64,000 nucleotides of DNA from an uncultured Candidatus Saccharibacteria bacterium (GTDB taxonomy: Bacteria; Patescibacteriota; SICC01): the NCBI GenBank assembly GCA_964525455.1, contig CAZGHP010000001.1:74739-138738 (forward strand), read 5' to 3'. This document shows positions 1 through 9,115 of the stretch, in pieces. The translations under genes and the position numbers were made by a program. Positions within the stretch are counted from its first letter, which is position 1. Each line of letters starts with the position of its first letter. The notes beneath the pieces were generated by a model, which did not search any database, was not told where the DNA came from, and saw only the letters and a list, made by a program, of their open reading frames with translations.

Positions 1-2
1 CG

Positions 3-674
3 CCGGCGGGCGCGGACCGTTACCTCGAGACCCGACCGGCACTGGTCTCCAAATCGTTCATCCAGCGCGAGTGCGCCGCCGCGGTGGATGAGGGACAGCT
101 GCAGGGCTGCTACACCGGCGACCATATCTACCTGATCGACTTACCGCAGCAGGCGATCCGTCCGGAAGTGTCGGTGACGGCGGCGCACGAGATGCTACAT
201 GCGGTCTGGGAGCGGCTTCCCGGAAAGGAGCGGGAGGCGGTGACGCGGCTGCTCGAGAATGCGGCCGGGGAAAACGGGGCATTGCGGGAACGGGTAGGAT
301 CCTACTCGGACGAGACCAGGATCAACGAACTGCATTCGATCGCCGGTACCGAGTTTCCGGGCCTGGAGGCGGATCTCGAACGGCACTATGACCGCTTCCT
401 GCGGAACCGGCCGGTGATCGTACAGCGTCACCTGGCCTACGAGCGCATACTGGACGGCCTGAAAGCGGAGATCGATAGGCTCAAGGCCGAGCTTGACCGG
501 CTCGGTGCGCAGGCGGATACGCGGCTTGCCGCCGGAGATATCGCGGGCTACAACGGCCTGGTGGGGCCATACAATGCGTTGGTCGCGGAAGCGAACGAGA
601 AGGTGCGCCGGTACAATGATCTCACCGCCCATACTCGCCCTGGCGACCGGCAGCGCACGGTCGAGGGACGGTGA
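3..674 (+). CDS. hypothetical HExxH-motif protein (possible zinc-metallopeptidase-like) with C-terminal coiled coil; 5' end probably runs off the window
   Basis: Frame of ORF 84..674 has no stop back to position 3; HEMLH motif; heptad-like C-terminal half (LKAEIDRLKAELDRL). Confidence 0.45.
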   Translation, partial: PAGADRYLETRPALVSKSFIQRECAAAVDEGQLQGCYTGDHIYLIDLPQQAIRPEVSVTAAHEMLHAVWERLPGKEREAVTRLLENAAGENGALRERVGSYSDETRINELHSIAGTEFPGLEADLERHYDRFLRNRPVIVQRHLAYERILDGLKAEIDRLKAELDRLGAQADTRLAAGDIAGYNGLVGPYNALVAEANEKVRRYNDLTAHTRPGDRQRTVEGR

Positions 675-691
675 GTTAGAATAGGATTCGT

Positions 692-763
692 GCGGGTGTC
701 GTATAACGGCTATTACACCAGCCTTCCAAGCTGGTAATGGGGGTTCGACCCCCCCCACCCGCT
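692..763 (+). tRNA. tRNA-Gly (anticodon TCC)
   Basis: Cloverleaf: acceptor GCGGGTG/CACCCGC, anticodon stem CCAGC/GCTGG with loop CTTCCAA, T-arm GGGGG-TTCGACC-CCCCC. Confidence 0.85.
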
Positions 764-821
764 CAGTGTGGCCTCCGTGTCGGTCAAATTGGCACTTTAT
801 CAGCTGCTTTTTCAGTTGATC

Positions 822-1490
822 ATGATATACAGCAACCATAAGAAATTGATAGGCCGCATACGAAATCGAATATTCGGTACTTCCAGAGCGGTGCTAGCAT
901 CCTTCCTGGTGATCGCTTGCGTCTTCTTGCTGCACACGGTGAAGGTGCAGGGGTCCCCGTTGTCTCTCCCGGCGGCGACGCCCACCCCGCCCGATCCGCG
1001 ATTCGAGCTGTTCAAGGGAACGTGTACCACGTATGGCCCCGCCTACAAGGGTTCCGCTATGGATGCGGAAAAACGGAAGAAGGTGTTCGGCCGGCCGGAC
1101 GATCCGTCGAACCTGGTGGATATCTCATTTTTCGACTACGCGGTGCAGGTGCATAAGAAGGTGGCGCCGTGCCTTACGGCGGTCGAGCGTGACCTCAAGG
1201 CGCAGGATACCTCATATGTCATCGAGGAAATCGGCGCGTATCGGCCTGAGCGGGAGGACCGTCCCTATTGGTTCCACCAGTACGGTGGCGCGGTGGACAT
1301 CAATCCCTCCACGAATCCGCAGTGCCTGGAAACGCGGATCGGTGTCGATCCCCTGAGCCGGTGTGCCGAAGACAAGCCGTACGACCTGCCGAAGGAGTGG
1401 GTCGAGACGTTCGAACGGTACGGATTCTACTGGGGCGGGCATTTCAGCAGGACGAAGGACTACATGCACTTCGAGTGGCACGGCGAGTAG
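822..1490 (+). CDS. secreted peptidase M15 family (VanY-like D-Ala-D-Ala carboxypeptidase/L-Ala-D-Glu peptidase type)
   Basis: ORF 768..1490; ATG at 822 gives signal/TM anchor; C-terminal GGAVDINP and YGFYWGGHFSRTKDYMHFEWHG match LAS/M15 zinc-binding motifs (H..D, HFE). Confidence 0.7.
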   Translation: MIYSNHKKLIGRIRNRIFGTSRAVLASFLVIACVFLLHTVKVQGSPLSLPAATPTPPDPRFELFKGTCTTYGPAYKGSAMDAEKRKKVFGRPDDPSNLVDISFFDYAVQVHKKVAPCLTAVERDLKAQDTSYVIEEIGAYRPEREDRPYWFHQYGGAVDINPSTNPQCLETRIGVDPLSRCAEDKPYDLPKEWVETFERYGFYWGGHFSRTKDYMHFEWHGE

Positions 1491-1796
1491 GCCCCAATAG
1501 GGGCGCGTACCTGCGCCATTTAGGTACATGAACACAAGATCCCGCTAGAGACGTCCTGGCAGCGCTTGCAGTTGCCAATACAGCCAACGGCGGAAGCGCA
1601 CGAGCCGTCACGGCATAAGCCTTGATCTAGGTATTGACAGATATGCGTGAAAAGGCGCATAGTGACGGGCTGTTCTTTCATAGTCCTTCGCCTGTCGTGC
1701 TGAGGCGCAGCCCCCTAGCTCCGATTTCTTCGCCTATTGGCCCTCGGAGTTACGGGCTGCAATCCGCAGTCCACGACAACGCAAGGAGGTTTCCAC

Positions 1797-2018
1797 ATGA
1801 CCCGCTTGTGGGGCATGATCCGGGCGTTTGCGCCGCGGCGCATTCTGCTCAGCACGCCGATCACCGATGCGGAGGCGATGGTTGCTCAGGCTCACCGGGA
1901 TATGGTCTCATTGAGCCGCAAGAGAAACCCCACGTTTCCCTTCAGAAACTTCGGCTACCTGCTGCCCGAGCCAGTCGAGCCGGACTTCATCCGGGAAGTA
2001 CCGCGCCGGGACACGTAA
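1797..2018 (+). CDS. small hypothetical protein (73 aa)
   Basis: ATG at 1797 preceded by consensus RBS AAGGAGG (1783-1789) with 7-nt spacer; in frame with ORF 1737..2018. Confidence 0.45.
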   Translation: MTRLWGMIRAFAPRRILLSTPITDAEAMVAQAHRDMVSLSRKRNPTFPFRNFGYLLPEPVEPDFIREVPRRDT

Positions 2019-2228
2019 CGCAGCTGCACTATGGACGGAGGAGAGAGCATCAGTTTCGACTGAATCCGCGATTTCCTCCGTCCTCCCCAACTCGATTTCG
2101 CTCACTGGTCAAGCAGCCGCAGGCTGTCTTTTCCCCCGCACCACCTTTCGGTTGATTGGCCGGGTCCTGTGCACCGTTCCGCCGCCTTCCCGCGGCGCTT
2201 TTCGGTTGTCCCGGTACCCCTCAACTCA

Positions 2229-2257
2229 TTGACTTAGGCGCGAAAACGTGTTAGTAT
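2229..2257 (+). promoter_or_regulatory. sigma70-like promoter (TTGACT-17nt-TAGTAT) upstream of 2315 CDS
   Basis: TTGACT at 2229-2234, TAGTAT at 2252-2257, 17-nt spacer, in AT-rich intergenic tract. Confidence 0.45.
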
Positions 2258-2314
2258 TCTCTAATTTTCCACAAAAGCGACACGCCGTGTCCCGCGTGCT
2301 GAAAAGAAACAAAC

Positions 2315-2662
2315 ATGATCTCAACCGTTTACCAGGGCGTCTTCGAAACCGGATACGACATCACGTTCCGCGACCGGCTACCGACGTTCGGGCACAAAGA
2401 CGCCAAGGCCAACGGCTACATCGATCCCGCCAACGACCGCATCGTGATCAGACGTGGTCTCTCCCCCAACGACCGGGCCCTCACGCTGCTCCACGAGATC
2501 GTCCACGACTGCTATCCTGAGTGGAGTGAAGCAGACGTCGAATCGTGCGCGCAGTTCGTCTACCAACGGCTCTCGAGAGAAGACCGCGGGATCGTCCAGT
2601 TCCTCGCGACGGACCCGGACGGGACCGGCGCCGCGGCCGGCAGTGAAGACGCCGGAGCCTGA
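2315..2662 (+). CDS. small HExxH-motif protein (putative zinc metallopeptidase-like, SprT/ImmA-like fold possible)
   Basis: ORF with ATG start; motif LLHEIVHD; 115 aa. Confidence 0.5.
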   Translation: MISTVYQGVFETGYDITFRDRLPTFGHKDAKANGYIDPANDRIVIRRGLSPNDRALTLLHEIVHDCYPEWSEADVESCAQFVYQRLSREDRGIVQFLATDPDGTGAAAGSEDAGA

Positions 2663-3014
2663 ACCGCGCCGCCCCACCGGCGCGTTCGACCAGCAGCTTC
2701 CGATCGTGGTCCTGCTGGTGATCATCGACGTGGCGCTGCTCGCGCTCGCGCTCTACTTCATCCAAGAAGGCATGGCACAGCGCGCCAATCCCGATGTCCG
2801 TTTCTTCGTCCGCTTCCCGGCCGAGCTCCTGCCGCTGGCCTATGTCGCCGCGCTGCTGTTGCTACCGAACTTCGCGGTCACGGGACTCGCGCTCGCGCGG
2901 AACCTCTACCGCCGCCGCTGGCCGTGGGTGACGACGTTCGTCTCAGCGATACTGCTCGCGGTCATCACCGCGGTCGTCGGCTGGGACGGCGTCGTGACGA
3001 TCATCAGTCCGTAG
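2643..3014 (+). CDS. small integral membrane protein (3-4 TM helices)
   Basis: GTG at 2643 in frame of ORF 2454..3014, overlapping upstream stop by 20 nt; hydrophobic helices IVVLLVIIDVALLALALYF, LAYVAALLLLPNFAVTGLALA, FVSAILLAVITAVVGW. Confidence 0.5.
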   Translation: MKTPEPEPRRPTGAFDQQLPIVVLLVIIDVALLALALYFIQEGMAQRANPDVRFFVRFPAELLPLAYVAALLLLPNFAVTGLALARNLYRRRWPWVTTFVSAILLAVITAVVGWDGVVTIISP

Positions 3015-3071
3015 GTCCCAGGCCTTCCGTCGAGTGGCCGCCTGACCTCCGAACCGGCACAATGAGGCTGC

Positions 3072-3144
3072 GCCCCGGTAGCTCAACGGATAGAGCAGCG
3101 CCCTTCTAAGGCGAAGGTTGTAGGTTCGATTCCTACCCGGGGCA
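3072..3144 (+). tRNA. tRNA-Arg (anticodon TCT)
   Basis: Acceptor GCCCCGG/CCGGGGC, D-arm GCTC..GAGC, anticodon loop CTTCTAA, T-arm GTAGG-TTCGATT-CCTAC. Confidence 0.8.
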
Positions 3145-3224
3145 CAGAAGCGTCCGTCGTCCGCGTTACTACTCCGCGCGGATTCCGGCATAATGAACAA
3201 TGCCGTTGCGATATGCAACGCATG

Positions 3225-3302
3225 GTGGCTGTAGCTCAGTCTGGTTAGAGCGCCAGTTTGTGGTACTGGAGGTCGTGGGTTCGAGCCCCATCAGCCACCC
3301 CA
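3225..3302 (+). tRNA. tRNA-His (anticodon GTG) with G-1 and encoded CCA
   Basis: G-1 plus acceptor GTGGCTG/CAGCCAC, anticodon stem CCAGT/ACTGG loop TTGTGGT, T-loop TTCGAGC, discriminator C then CCA. Confidence 0.85.
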
Positions 3303-3327
3303 AAGTAAGTAACCATACTAATCATCT

Positions 3328-3846
3328 ATGAAATACGCCGTTATTTCAGACAGCCACGACAACTTCTACAATCTCGACCAAGCCGTTAAGCGGATTCTAG
3401 AAGAAGGAATCAAGACCTGCTTTCATTTAGGTGACTACTGTGCCCCGGGTTTCGTGAAGGCGATGACTGACTATGCTGACCTCCGGTGGATTTGTGTTTG
3501 GGGAAATGTCGATGGAGCCAAAGCAAAAACCCTATTGCAGTTCGGATCTCGGGAAAACTTTGACATAGTTGACGAATCTTTTCGGGAATATGAAGCATCC
3601 GAGGGTCTGATTTTCATCACTCATTTTCCGCTTCTCGCTCAGAATGCGGCTGCGTCAGGAAAGTACAGAGCCGCGTTCTATGGCGACAACCACACCAAGC
3701 ACTCAGAAGTGGTGGGAGATACTTTGCTGGCTAATCCCGGCGAACTAGCTGGCTTCAAGAGTGGTCAGCCAAGCTTCGGGATTTATGACTCGGAAACCAA
3801 CGAGTTCCAAATCGTTGACTTGGATGACTTCCGAGTCACCAAATAG
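3328..3846 (+). CDS. metallophosphoesterase (YfcE/MJ0936-like calcineurin-family phosphodiesterase)
   Basis: N-terminal ISDSHDN and HLGDY, later GNVD and FYGDNH motifs; markedly lower GC than flanks. Confidence 0.7.
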   Translation: MKYAVISDSHDNFYNLDQAVKRILEEGIKTCFHLGDYCAPGFVKAMTDYADLRWICVWGNVDGAKAKTLLQFGSRENFDIVDESFREYEASEGLIFITHFPLLAQNAAASGKYRAAFYGDNHTKHSEVVGDTLLANPGELAGFKSGQPSFGIYDSETNEFQIVDLDDFRVTK

Positions 3847-3912
3847 GGGATTCACCGTGTGTAACCCTGAGCCTATCCCGGTATCGGGCGGCATGCTACC
3901 CTCAAGGCAAGC

Positions 3913-4500
3913 ATGGATATCAAAAGAATCTTCCTCGTCTCGTTGATCGGGTCGTTGAGCGTCAGCGCCCTCATCGGCATCATGATTTTCCTGGTCGGCG
4001 ACTTCGACGAGCTGCAGGTCCGGGTATTGCTCACGACGCTGATGTTCGGCCTGTACAGCCTGACCGGCCTGTGCTCCGCCACGCTTTATGAAAAAGGCCG
4101 GTACCAGACATATGCCGCGGCCGCGATCGGCACCTCGGTCGCCGCCTTCGTCCTCGGCCTGATCAGTATCTGGGGCAGCGACCCCGGCGAGGGGCTCCTC
4201 AAGCTGACCCTTGCTTCCCTGGTGGCCGCCGTCGGGATGGCGCATGCCGCCCTGCTCCTGCGTATCGCGCCGAAGAACCCGGCGGTGCGGTGGTCGCTCA
4301 CGCTTACCAACGCATGCATCGCGATCGTCGCGGCGATGCTCATCCTACTGATCCTGGATACTGAGATCGGAGAGGCAGATTCCTACTTCCGGCTGCTCGG
4401 CGTATTCGCGATCCTGGACGTGCTGGGAACGGTGGTGACGCCGCTGCTTCAGAAATTCGGCTCGGCGGCGGACCTGCCGTCCGGGGACGATAGCGTCTAA
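3913..4500 (+). CDS. hypothetical integral membrane protein
   Basis: 195-aa ORF with 5-6 predicted TM helices. Confidence 0.5.
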   Translation: MDIKRIFLVSLIGSLSVSALIGIMIFLVGDFDELQVRVLLTTLMFGLYSLTGLCSATLYEKGRYQTYAAAAIGTSVAAFVLGLISIWGSDPGEGLLKLTLASLVAAVGMAHAALLLRIAPKNPAVRWSLTLTNACIAIVAAMLILLILDTEIGEADSYFRLLGVFAILDVLGTVVTPLLQKFGSAADLPSGDDSV

Positions 4501-4507
4501 TCGGCAC

Positions 4508-5200
4508 ATGACCCGCGCCCTGCTCTTCGGACTGATCGCTTCCAGCGCACTGGTCGCCGGCAGCCTGATCGGTACGCATTGGCGGGTTCCGAAGCGATTG
4601 CTCGCCGTCATGCTGGCGTTCGCCGGCGGGGCGCTGATCGCGGCCCTGTCCTATGAATTGTTCGACGAAGCCTTCCGCCAGGGCGGGGCGGTCACGGCCG
4701 GCGGAGCGCTCCTGGCCGGTGCCGCGGCCTTCATCGCCCTGGACGAGCTGCTCCTGGACCGGTTCCGGAAACTTGCGACCGGCCTGGCCCTGCTGGTGGC
4801 GGTCACGCTGGACGGCATTCCGGAGAATCTCGCGCTCGGTACCACCTTGGTGACCGACGCAGGGTCCCTGGCCCTGCTGGTGGCGATCTTCGTTTCGAAC
4901 TTCCCGGAAGCGTTGGTCGGTGCCTCGAAGATGCGCCAAAAAGGGCAGTCGGTGCGGGCGATCAACCTGATCTGGCTGGCGACGGCGGTGCTTCTGGCAG
5001 GGGCGGTCGCCGGCGGCGCCTCGTTATTCGCGGCCTCACCTCCCGGGACGCTTTCGATGGCACTCGGATTCGCCGCGGGGGCCGTCCTGGCTTCGCTGGC
5101 CGACACCGTGATGCCGGAAGCCTACCGCGACGGTGGTCCGCTCGTGGCGTTCGCGACGGTGGCCGGTTTCTTCGTATCGTTCATGCTGAATACGATATGA
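4508..5200 (+). CDS. ZIP-family (ZupT-like) divalent metal transporter
   Basis: Multi-TM protein with paired GIPENLALG / NFPEALVG motifs resembling the HNxPEG signature of ZIP transporters. Confidence 0.5.
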   Translation: MTRALLFGLIASSALVAGSLIGTHWRVPKRLLAVMLAFAGGALIAALSYELFDEAFRQGGAVTAGGALLAGAAAFIALDELLLDRFRKLATGLALLVAVTLDGIPENLALGTTLVTDAGSLALLVAIFVSNFPEALVGASKMRQKGQSVRAINLIWLATAVLLAGAVAGGASLFAASPPGTLSMALGFAAGAVLASLADTVMPEAYRDGGPLVAFATVAGFFVSFMLNTI

Positions 5201-5207
5201 TGCGAAC

Positions 5208-6113
5208 GTGCCGAAAAAAACACAACCGGCGATCCGCACCCGCGGGCTGACCAAGTATTACGGCAAGACCCGCGGCATCGAGAAACTTGACCTCACGGTG
5301 GAGCGGGGCGAAGTCTTCGGGTTCCTCGGGCCGAACGGCGCCGGCAAAAGCACCACGATCAACCTGTTGATGGGTTTTCGGCGGCCGACCGCCGGCACCG
5401 CACGCGTGCTCGGGATCCCGGCCGGCCCGGACGCGGTCACCGTCCGCCGCCGGATCGGGTACATGCCGGGTGAACTGGCGCTCTACGAGAACATGCGGGT
5501 CCGGGATTTCCTGGCCTACTGCGGGAATCTCCGCGGCGGCGTGGATAAGGATTATGTGAACGAGCTGGCCGAACGGTTCACGCTCGACACCAGCAAGAAG
5601 ATCAAGGACCTTTCGAAAGGTAACAAGCAGAAGGTCGCGCTCGTGCAGGCCTGGATGCACCGGCCCGACCTGCTGATCCTCGACGAGCCGACCAGCGGCC
5701 TCGATCCGATCGTGCAGCAGGAGTTCCACGAACTGGTGCACGAATCCAAGAAGCGTGGCGTGACCGTGTTCCTCTCGTCGCACGTGCTGTCGGAAGTCGA
5801 GCACATCTGCGACCGTGCGGCGATCATCAAGGAGGGCCGCCTGGTGGCACTCGAGAGGCTGGCTTCGCTCCGCAAGCGGGCGCTCCGGCACATCGAGGTC
5901 GTATTCGCGAAGCGACCACCCAAGCACGTCCTCGCATCCCTGGCCGGCGTGAGCAAACGCAGGCTCGACGGCCGCACGCTCCGCTGCAACATCCATGGTC
6001 CGATGGATCCGCTGGTCCGGGCGCTGGGAAGGCACCGGGTGGAAAACCTGGTGATCGAGCCGGCCAGTCTCGAGGAGCTGTTCTTCGAGGAGTACGACGA
6101 GGGTGCGCCATGA
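5208..6113 (+). CDS. ABC transporter ATP-binding protein
   Basis: Walker A GPNGAGKST, signature LSKGNKQKVAL, Walker B LLILDEPTSGLD. Confidence 0.85.
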   Translation: MPKKTQPAIRTRGLTKYYGKTRGIEKLDLTVERGEVFGFLGPNGAGKSTTINLLMGFRRPTAGTARVLGIPAGPDAVTVRRRIGYMPGELALYENMRVRDFLAYCGNLRGGVDKDYVNELAERFTLDTSKKIKDLSKGNKQKVALVQAWMHRPDLLILDEPTSGLDPIVQQEFHELVHESKKRGVTVFLSSHVLSEVEHICDRAAIIKEGRLVALERLASLRKRALRHIEVVFAKRPPKHVLASLAGVSKRRLDGRTLRCNIHGPMDPLVRALGRHRVENLVIEPASLEELFFEEYDEGAP

Positions 6114-6907
6114 TGTCCCGCGGCATCATGCGGAAGGCCCTCCGTGATTATCGGAAGAGCATGTTCTGGTGGTCGCTGGGAAGTTTCGCGTTGATCCTGT
6201 TCGTGGTCGCGCTGTACCCGACGTTCAAGGATACGACCAGCCTGACCCAGCTCTACCAGTCGTCCGAAGAAATCGTGGCGCTGGTCGGACAGCAGGACAT
6301 CACCACGCCGGTCGGGTTCCTGACCCAGGAAATCTTCTCGATCATGGCGCCGCTGTTCCTGATCATTTACGGGATCAGCTTGGGGGCGGGCTCGATCGCC
6401 GGGGAAGAAGGCCGCCGGACGCTGCCGCTCCTATTGGCCAATCCGGTTTCGCGCGGCCGGATCGTATACGAGAAGTATGCCGCCATGAAAGTCGCCTTGC
6501 TGGTGATCGCGGTAGTTGTCTTCGTGAGTATCGCCGTACTGGCCCCGCTGTTCGAGATGGACAACCTGGACCTGGCCAAGCTGGCGACGGCCTCCTTCAT
6601 GACATTCCTGATCGGCCTGGCGTTCGCATCGATCGCGTTCCTCGTCGGAGCGCTGTCCGGCAACCGGGCCGCCGCGACCGGCATCGCCAGTGCCCTGGGG
6701 CTCGGCATGTACCTGCTGTACGTGATGGAGCAGTTGGTCGATTCGCTCGAGCCGTACCGATGGCTGAGCCTGTTCCATTACTTCGAGCCGGGTACCGTCC
6801 TGGCGGAGTTCCCGTCCGCGGAGAACGTGCTCGTGCTGGGGGCGGTCTCCATCGTCGGATTCGGCTTGTCGCTCCTCGTGTTCCGCGGCCGCGACGTGCG
6901 GGCTTGA
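6110..6907 (+). CDS. ABC-2 family transporter permease
   Basis: Start ATG overlaps upstream stop (ATGA coupling); 6 TM helices typical of ABC-2 permeases. Confidence 0.7.
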   Translation: MMSRGIMRKALRDYRKSMFWWSLGSFALILFVVALYPTFKDTTSLTQLYQSSEEIVALVGQQDITTPVGFLTQEIFSIMAPLFLIIYGISLGAGSIAGEEGRRTLPLLLANPVSRGRIVYEKYAAMKVALLVIAVVVFVSIAVLAPLFEMDNLDLAKLATASFMTFLIGLAFASIAFLVGALSGNRAAATGIASALGLGMYLLYVMEQLVDSLEPYRWLSLFHYFEPGTVLAEFPSAENVLVLGAVSIVGFGLSLLVFRGRDVRA

Positions 6908-6932
6908 GCGGAAACAGTATAATTCCACGTAC

Positions 6933-7006
6933 GCGCCCGTAGCTCAGCGGATTAGAGCACCTGGCTTCGGACCAGGGGGTCGGAGGTTCGAATCCTTCCG
7001 GGCGCG
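6933..7006 (+). tRNA. tRNA-Arg (anticodon TCG)
   Basis: Acceptor GCGCCCG/CGGGCGC, anticodon stem CCTGG/CCAGG loop CTTCGGA, T-arm GGAGG-TTCGAAT-CCTTC. Confidence 0.8.
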
Positions 7007-7033
7007 CAGGCAGGACGGGCTATACTGGAACAC

Positions 7034-8008
7034 ATGAAAGTAGTTGTCCTCGGCGGCGGCCGTTCGAGCGAGCACGAGGTCTCGTTGTCTTCGGCGAAAG
7101 CGGTGCGGGACGGGCTCCGCGAGGCCGGCCACGAGGTCCATTACGTCGAGATCGGCAAGGATGGCACCTGGAGCCATGGGGACAAGGAGGTAGCCCTGCA
7201 TCCCGGCAGGGGGTTGCTCGATGCGGAGGTCGTCTTCCCGGTACTGCACGGTCCGTACGGCGAGGACGGCACGCTCCAGGGCATGCTCGAACTGCTGGAT
7301 GTCGCGTACGTCGGCAGCGGATCGCACGCCTCCGCGGTGTGCATGGACAAGGCGGTATTCAAGGAGTGGATGGCACACCACGATATCCCGCAGGTACGCT
7401 ACGTGACGCTTCGGCATCCGGTCGAGGCGGACGACCGGCAGCGGATCGCGGAGCTCGGGTGGCCGGTCTTCGTGAAGCCGTCGCGACTCGGTTCGTCGGT
7501 GGGCATCGGCAAGGCCGGCTCATCCGAGGAGCTCGAAACGGCGCTCACGGAAGCCTTCCGTCACGACTCGGTCGTGCTGGTCGAGGCGGCGTCGCCGGGC
7601 CGCGAGGTCGAAGTGGCGGTACTGGGCACGAAGGAGCTGGTCACCTCGCCGCCGGGCGAGATCATCCTGCAGGGTGCGGACTGGTATGACTACGAGGCGA
7701 AGTACACGGAGGGCGGGATGCGGCTGCAGGTGCCGGCCGGGCTTACCAAGGACCAGACGGCCGGGGTGCAGGACCTTGCCGCCCGCGTCTTCCGCGTGAC
7801 CGGCAGCAGCGGCATGGCCCGGATCGACTTCTTCGTCGAGGACGGCCGGGTGCTCGTCAGCGAAAGCAACACGATCCCCGGCTTCACGGCTACGAGCGTC
7901 TACCCCAAGCTGATGGAGGCGGCTGGCGTCGGGTTCGCCGATCTGCTCAACCGGCTGCTCGAGGACGCCCGGGCGGATTACGCGCACTATAGACAGCGGG
8001 AGCACTAG
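7034..8008 (+). CDS. ddl: D-alanine--D-alanine ligase
   Basis: N-terminal KVVVLGGGRSSEHEVSLSSA, ATP-grasp motifs; 324 aa. Confidence 0.9.
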   Translation: MKVVVLGGGRSSEHEVSLSSAKAVRDGLREAGHEVHYVEIGKDGTWSHGDKEVALHPGRGLLDAEVVFPVLHGPYGEDGTLQGMLELLDVAYVGSGSHASAVCMDKAVFKEWMAHHDIPQVRYVTLRHPVEADDRQRIAELGWPVFVKPSRLGSSVGIGKAGSSEELETALTEAFRHDSVVLVEAASPGREVEVAVLGTKELVTSPPGEIILQGADWYDYEAKYTEGGMRLQVPAGLTKDQTAGVQDLAARVFRVTGSSGMARIDFFVEDGRVLVSESNTIPGFTATSVYPKLMEAAGVGFADLLNRLLEDARADYAHYRQREH

Positions 8009-8026
8009 GCTTTATGCTAGCCTGCC

Positions 8027-9115
8027 ATGCATCATCGTACCGAGCACGAACCGGTCGATTTCCATGAACCCATCCCGACGGAGGGACTGGAGGTCGAAGG
8101 CTGGAAAGAGATACCGGTCCAGGAGAACGGCGAGCCGCTCGTCGCGCTCGGGCCGTTCAGCGGCGGTCCCTACGACCGCCTGCTGACGGATTCCCTGTAC
8201 TGGAGGGAGCGAGACAATTCCCCGTATGAACGAGGTGCTCTCGAGGGCAGCCTGCTTGGCGTCTATGCCAGGCAAGGCGTCGCGGATCGCCTGGTGCAGG
8301 CGGAGGCGTCATTGCCGCCAGGACACCATCTTGCCGTATGGGACGCCCAGCGCACGCTGGAACTCCAGGGTTCGCTCTACGAAGCGTTCTACCAGGAGCT
8401 CCACCGGCTGCATCCGGACTGGCCCGAAACCCGGTTGGCGGAACACACGCAGCGGTACGTCTCCCTTCCTTCGACCGATCCCGATCGTCCTTCCCCGCAC
8501 AACACCGGCGGTGCGGTGGACGTGGACATCTTCCGGCTTCCGGAAACGGTCGAGGGCCGTGTCCAGGAGACCGATAGCCGCATCAGGACGATCGGCGAAG
8601 ATCCGGACCATGCCTCAGAAGTGTATGAGTTGGAGATGGAACGGTTGGCCATGCTGACCCGGCATGCCGAACCGCTCGGTTTCGGAACGTTACGCGACCA
8701 CGGGGATGCTCCCGCGGCAGCGGACTACTTCGAACGGCTCGCGGCCGAGCGACCGCTGGACGGCGCCGAGACCCAGGCCCGGGACAATCGGCGATTGCTC
8801 TATAACGTTATGAAAGCGGCAGGTATGCAGCCGTTCCAAAGTGAGTGGTGGCATTACAACGCGCCGGAAAGCCAGATGGGAGCCCGGGTGGCCGGCCGGC
8901 CGGTCGCTGGGTACGGGGCGGTGGAGCTGACTCCCGACCTCCAGGAGTATGAAGCGATGCGTCGCGGCCATCTGGTGGGTACCGTCCGCTTGCTCCAAGG
9001 TGGCGGGAAGCTGCAATCTCCCCAACTCCGCTTCCTGCACGAGGTAAGCAAGCGGACCGGCGATCTTCGCAAGACCTCGCTTCCCAAAGCGGAAAAGATC
9101 CGTCCGGCTGCCTAG
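8027..9115 (+). CDS. D-Ala-D-Ala dipeptidase-like M15 peptidase (VanX/DdpX-like) with N- and C-terminal extensions
   Basis: SPHNTGGAVDVDI (SxHxxGxAVD) and EWWHY motifs of VanX-type zinc dipeptidases; 362 aa, longer than canonical VanX. Confidence 0.65.
   Translation: MHHRTEHEPVDFHEPIPTEGLEVEGWKEIPVQENGEPLVALGPFSGGPYDRLLTDSLYWRERDNSPYERGALEGSLLGVYARQGVADRLVQAEASLPPGHHLAVWDAQRTLELQGSLYEAFYQELHRLHPDWPETRLAEHTQRYVSLPSTDPDRPSPHNTGGAVDVDIFRLPETVEGRVQETDSRIRTIGEDPDHASEVYELEMERLAMLTRHAEPLGFGTLRDHGDAPAAADYFERLAAERPLDGAETQARDNRRLLYNVMKAAGMQPFQSEWWHYNAPESQMGARVAGRPVAGYGAVELTPDLQEYEAMRRGHLVGTVRLLQGGGKLQSPQLRFLHEVSKRTGDLRKTSLPKAEKIRPAA

Noticed and set aside
768-821. GTG start at 768 for the M15 peptidase
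   Set aside because: Begins 5 nt after the tRNA-Gly 3' end; ATG at 822 gives a proper signal peptide and is preferred
1634-2155. 173-aa plus-strand ORF in the sparse 1.5-2.3 kb region
   Set aside because: Low-complexity Pro/Arg/Ser-rich translation typical of spurious high-GC frames; the internal 73-aa ORF with a consensus RBS is the more plausible gene
2943-3218. 91-aa minus-strand ORF
   Set aside because: Overlaps tRNA-Arg on the opposite strand; product is the characteristic translation of a tRNA antisense
5181-6035. 284-aa minus-strand ORF
   Set aside because: Antisense to the well-supported ABC ATPase gene
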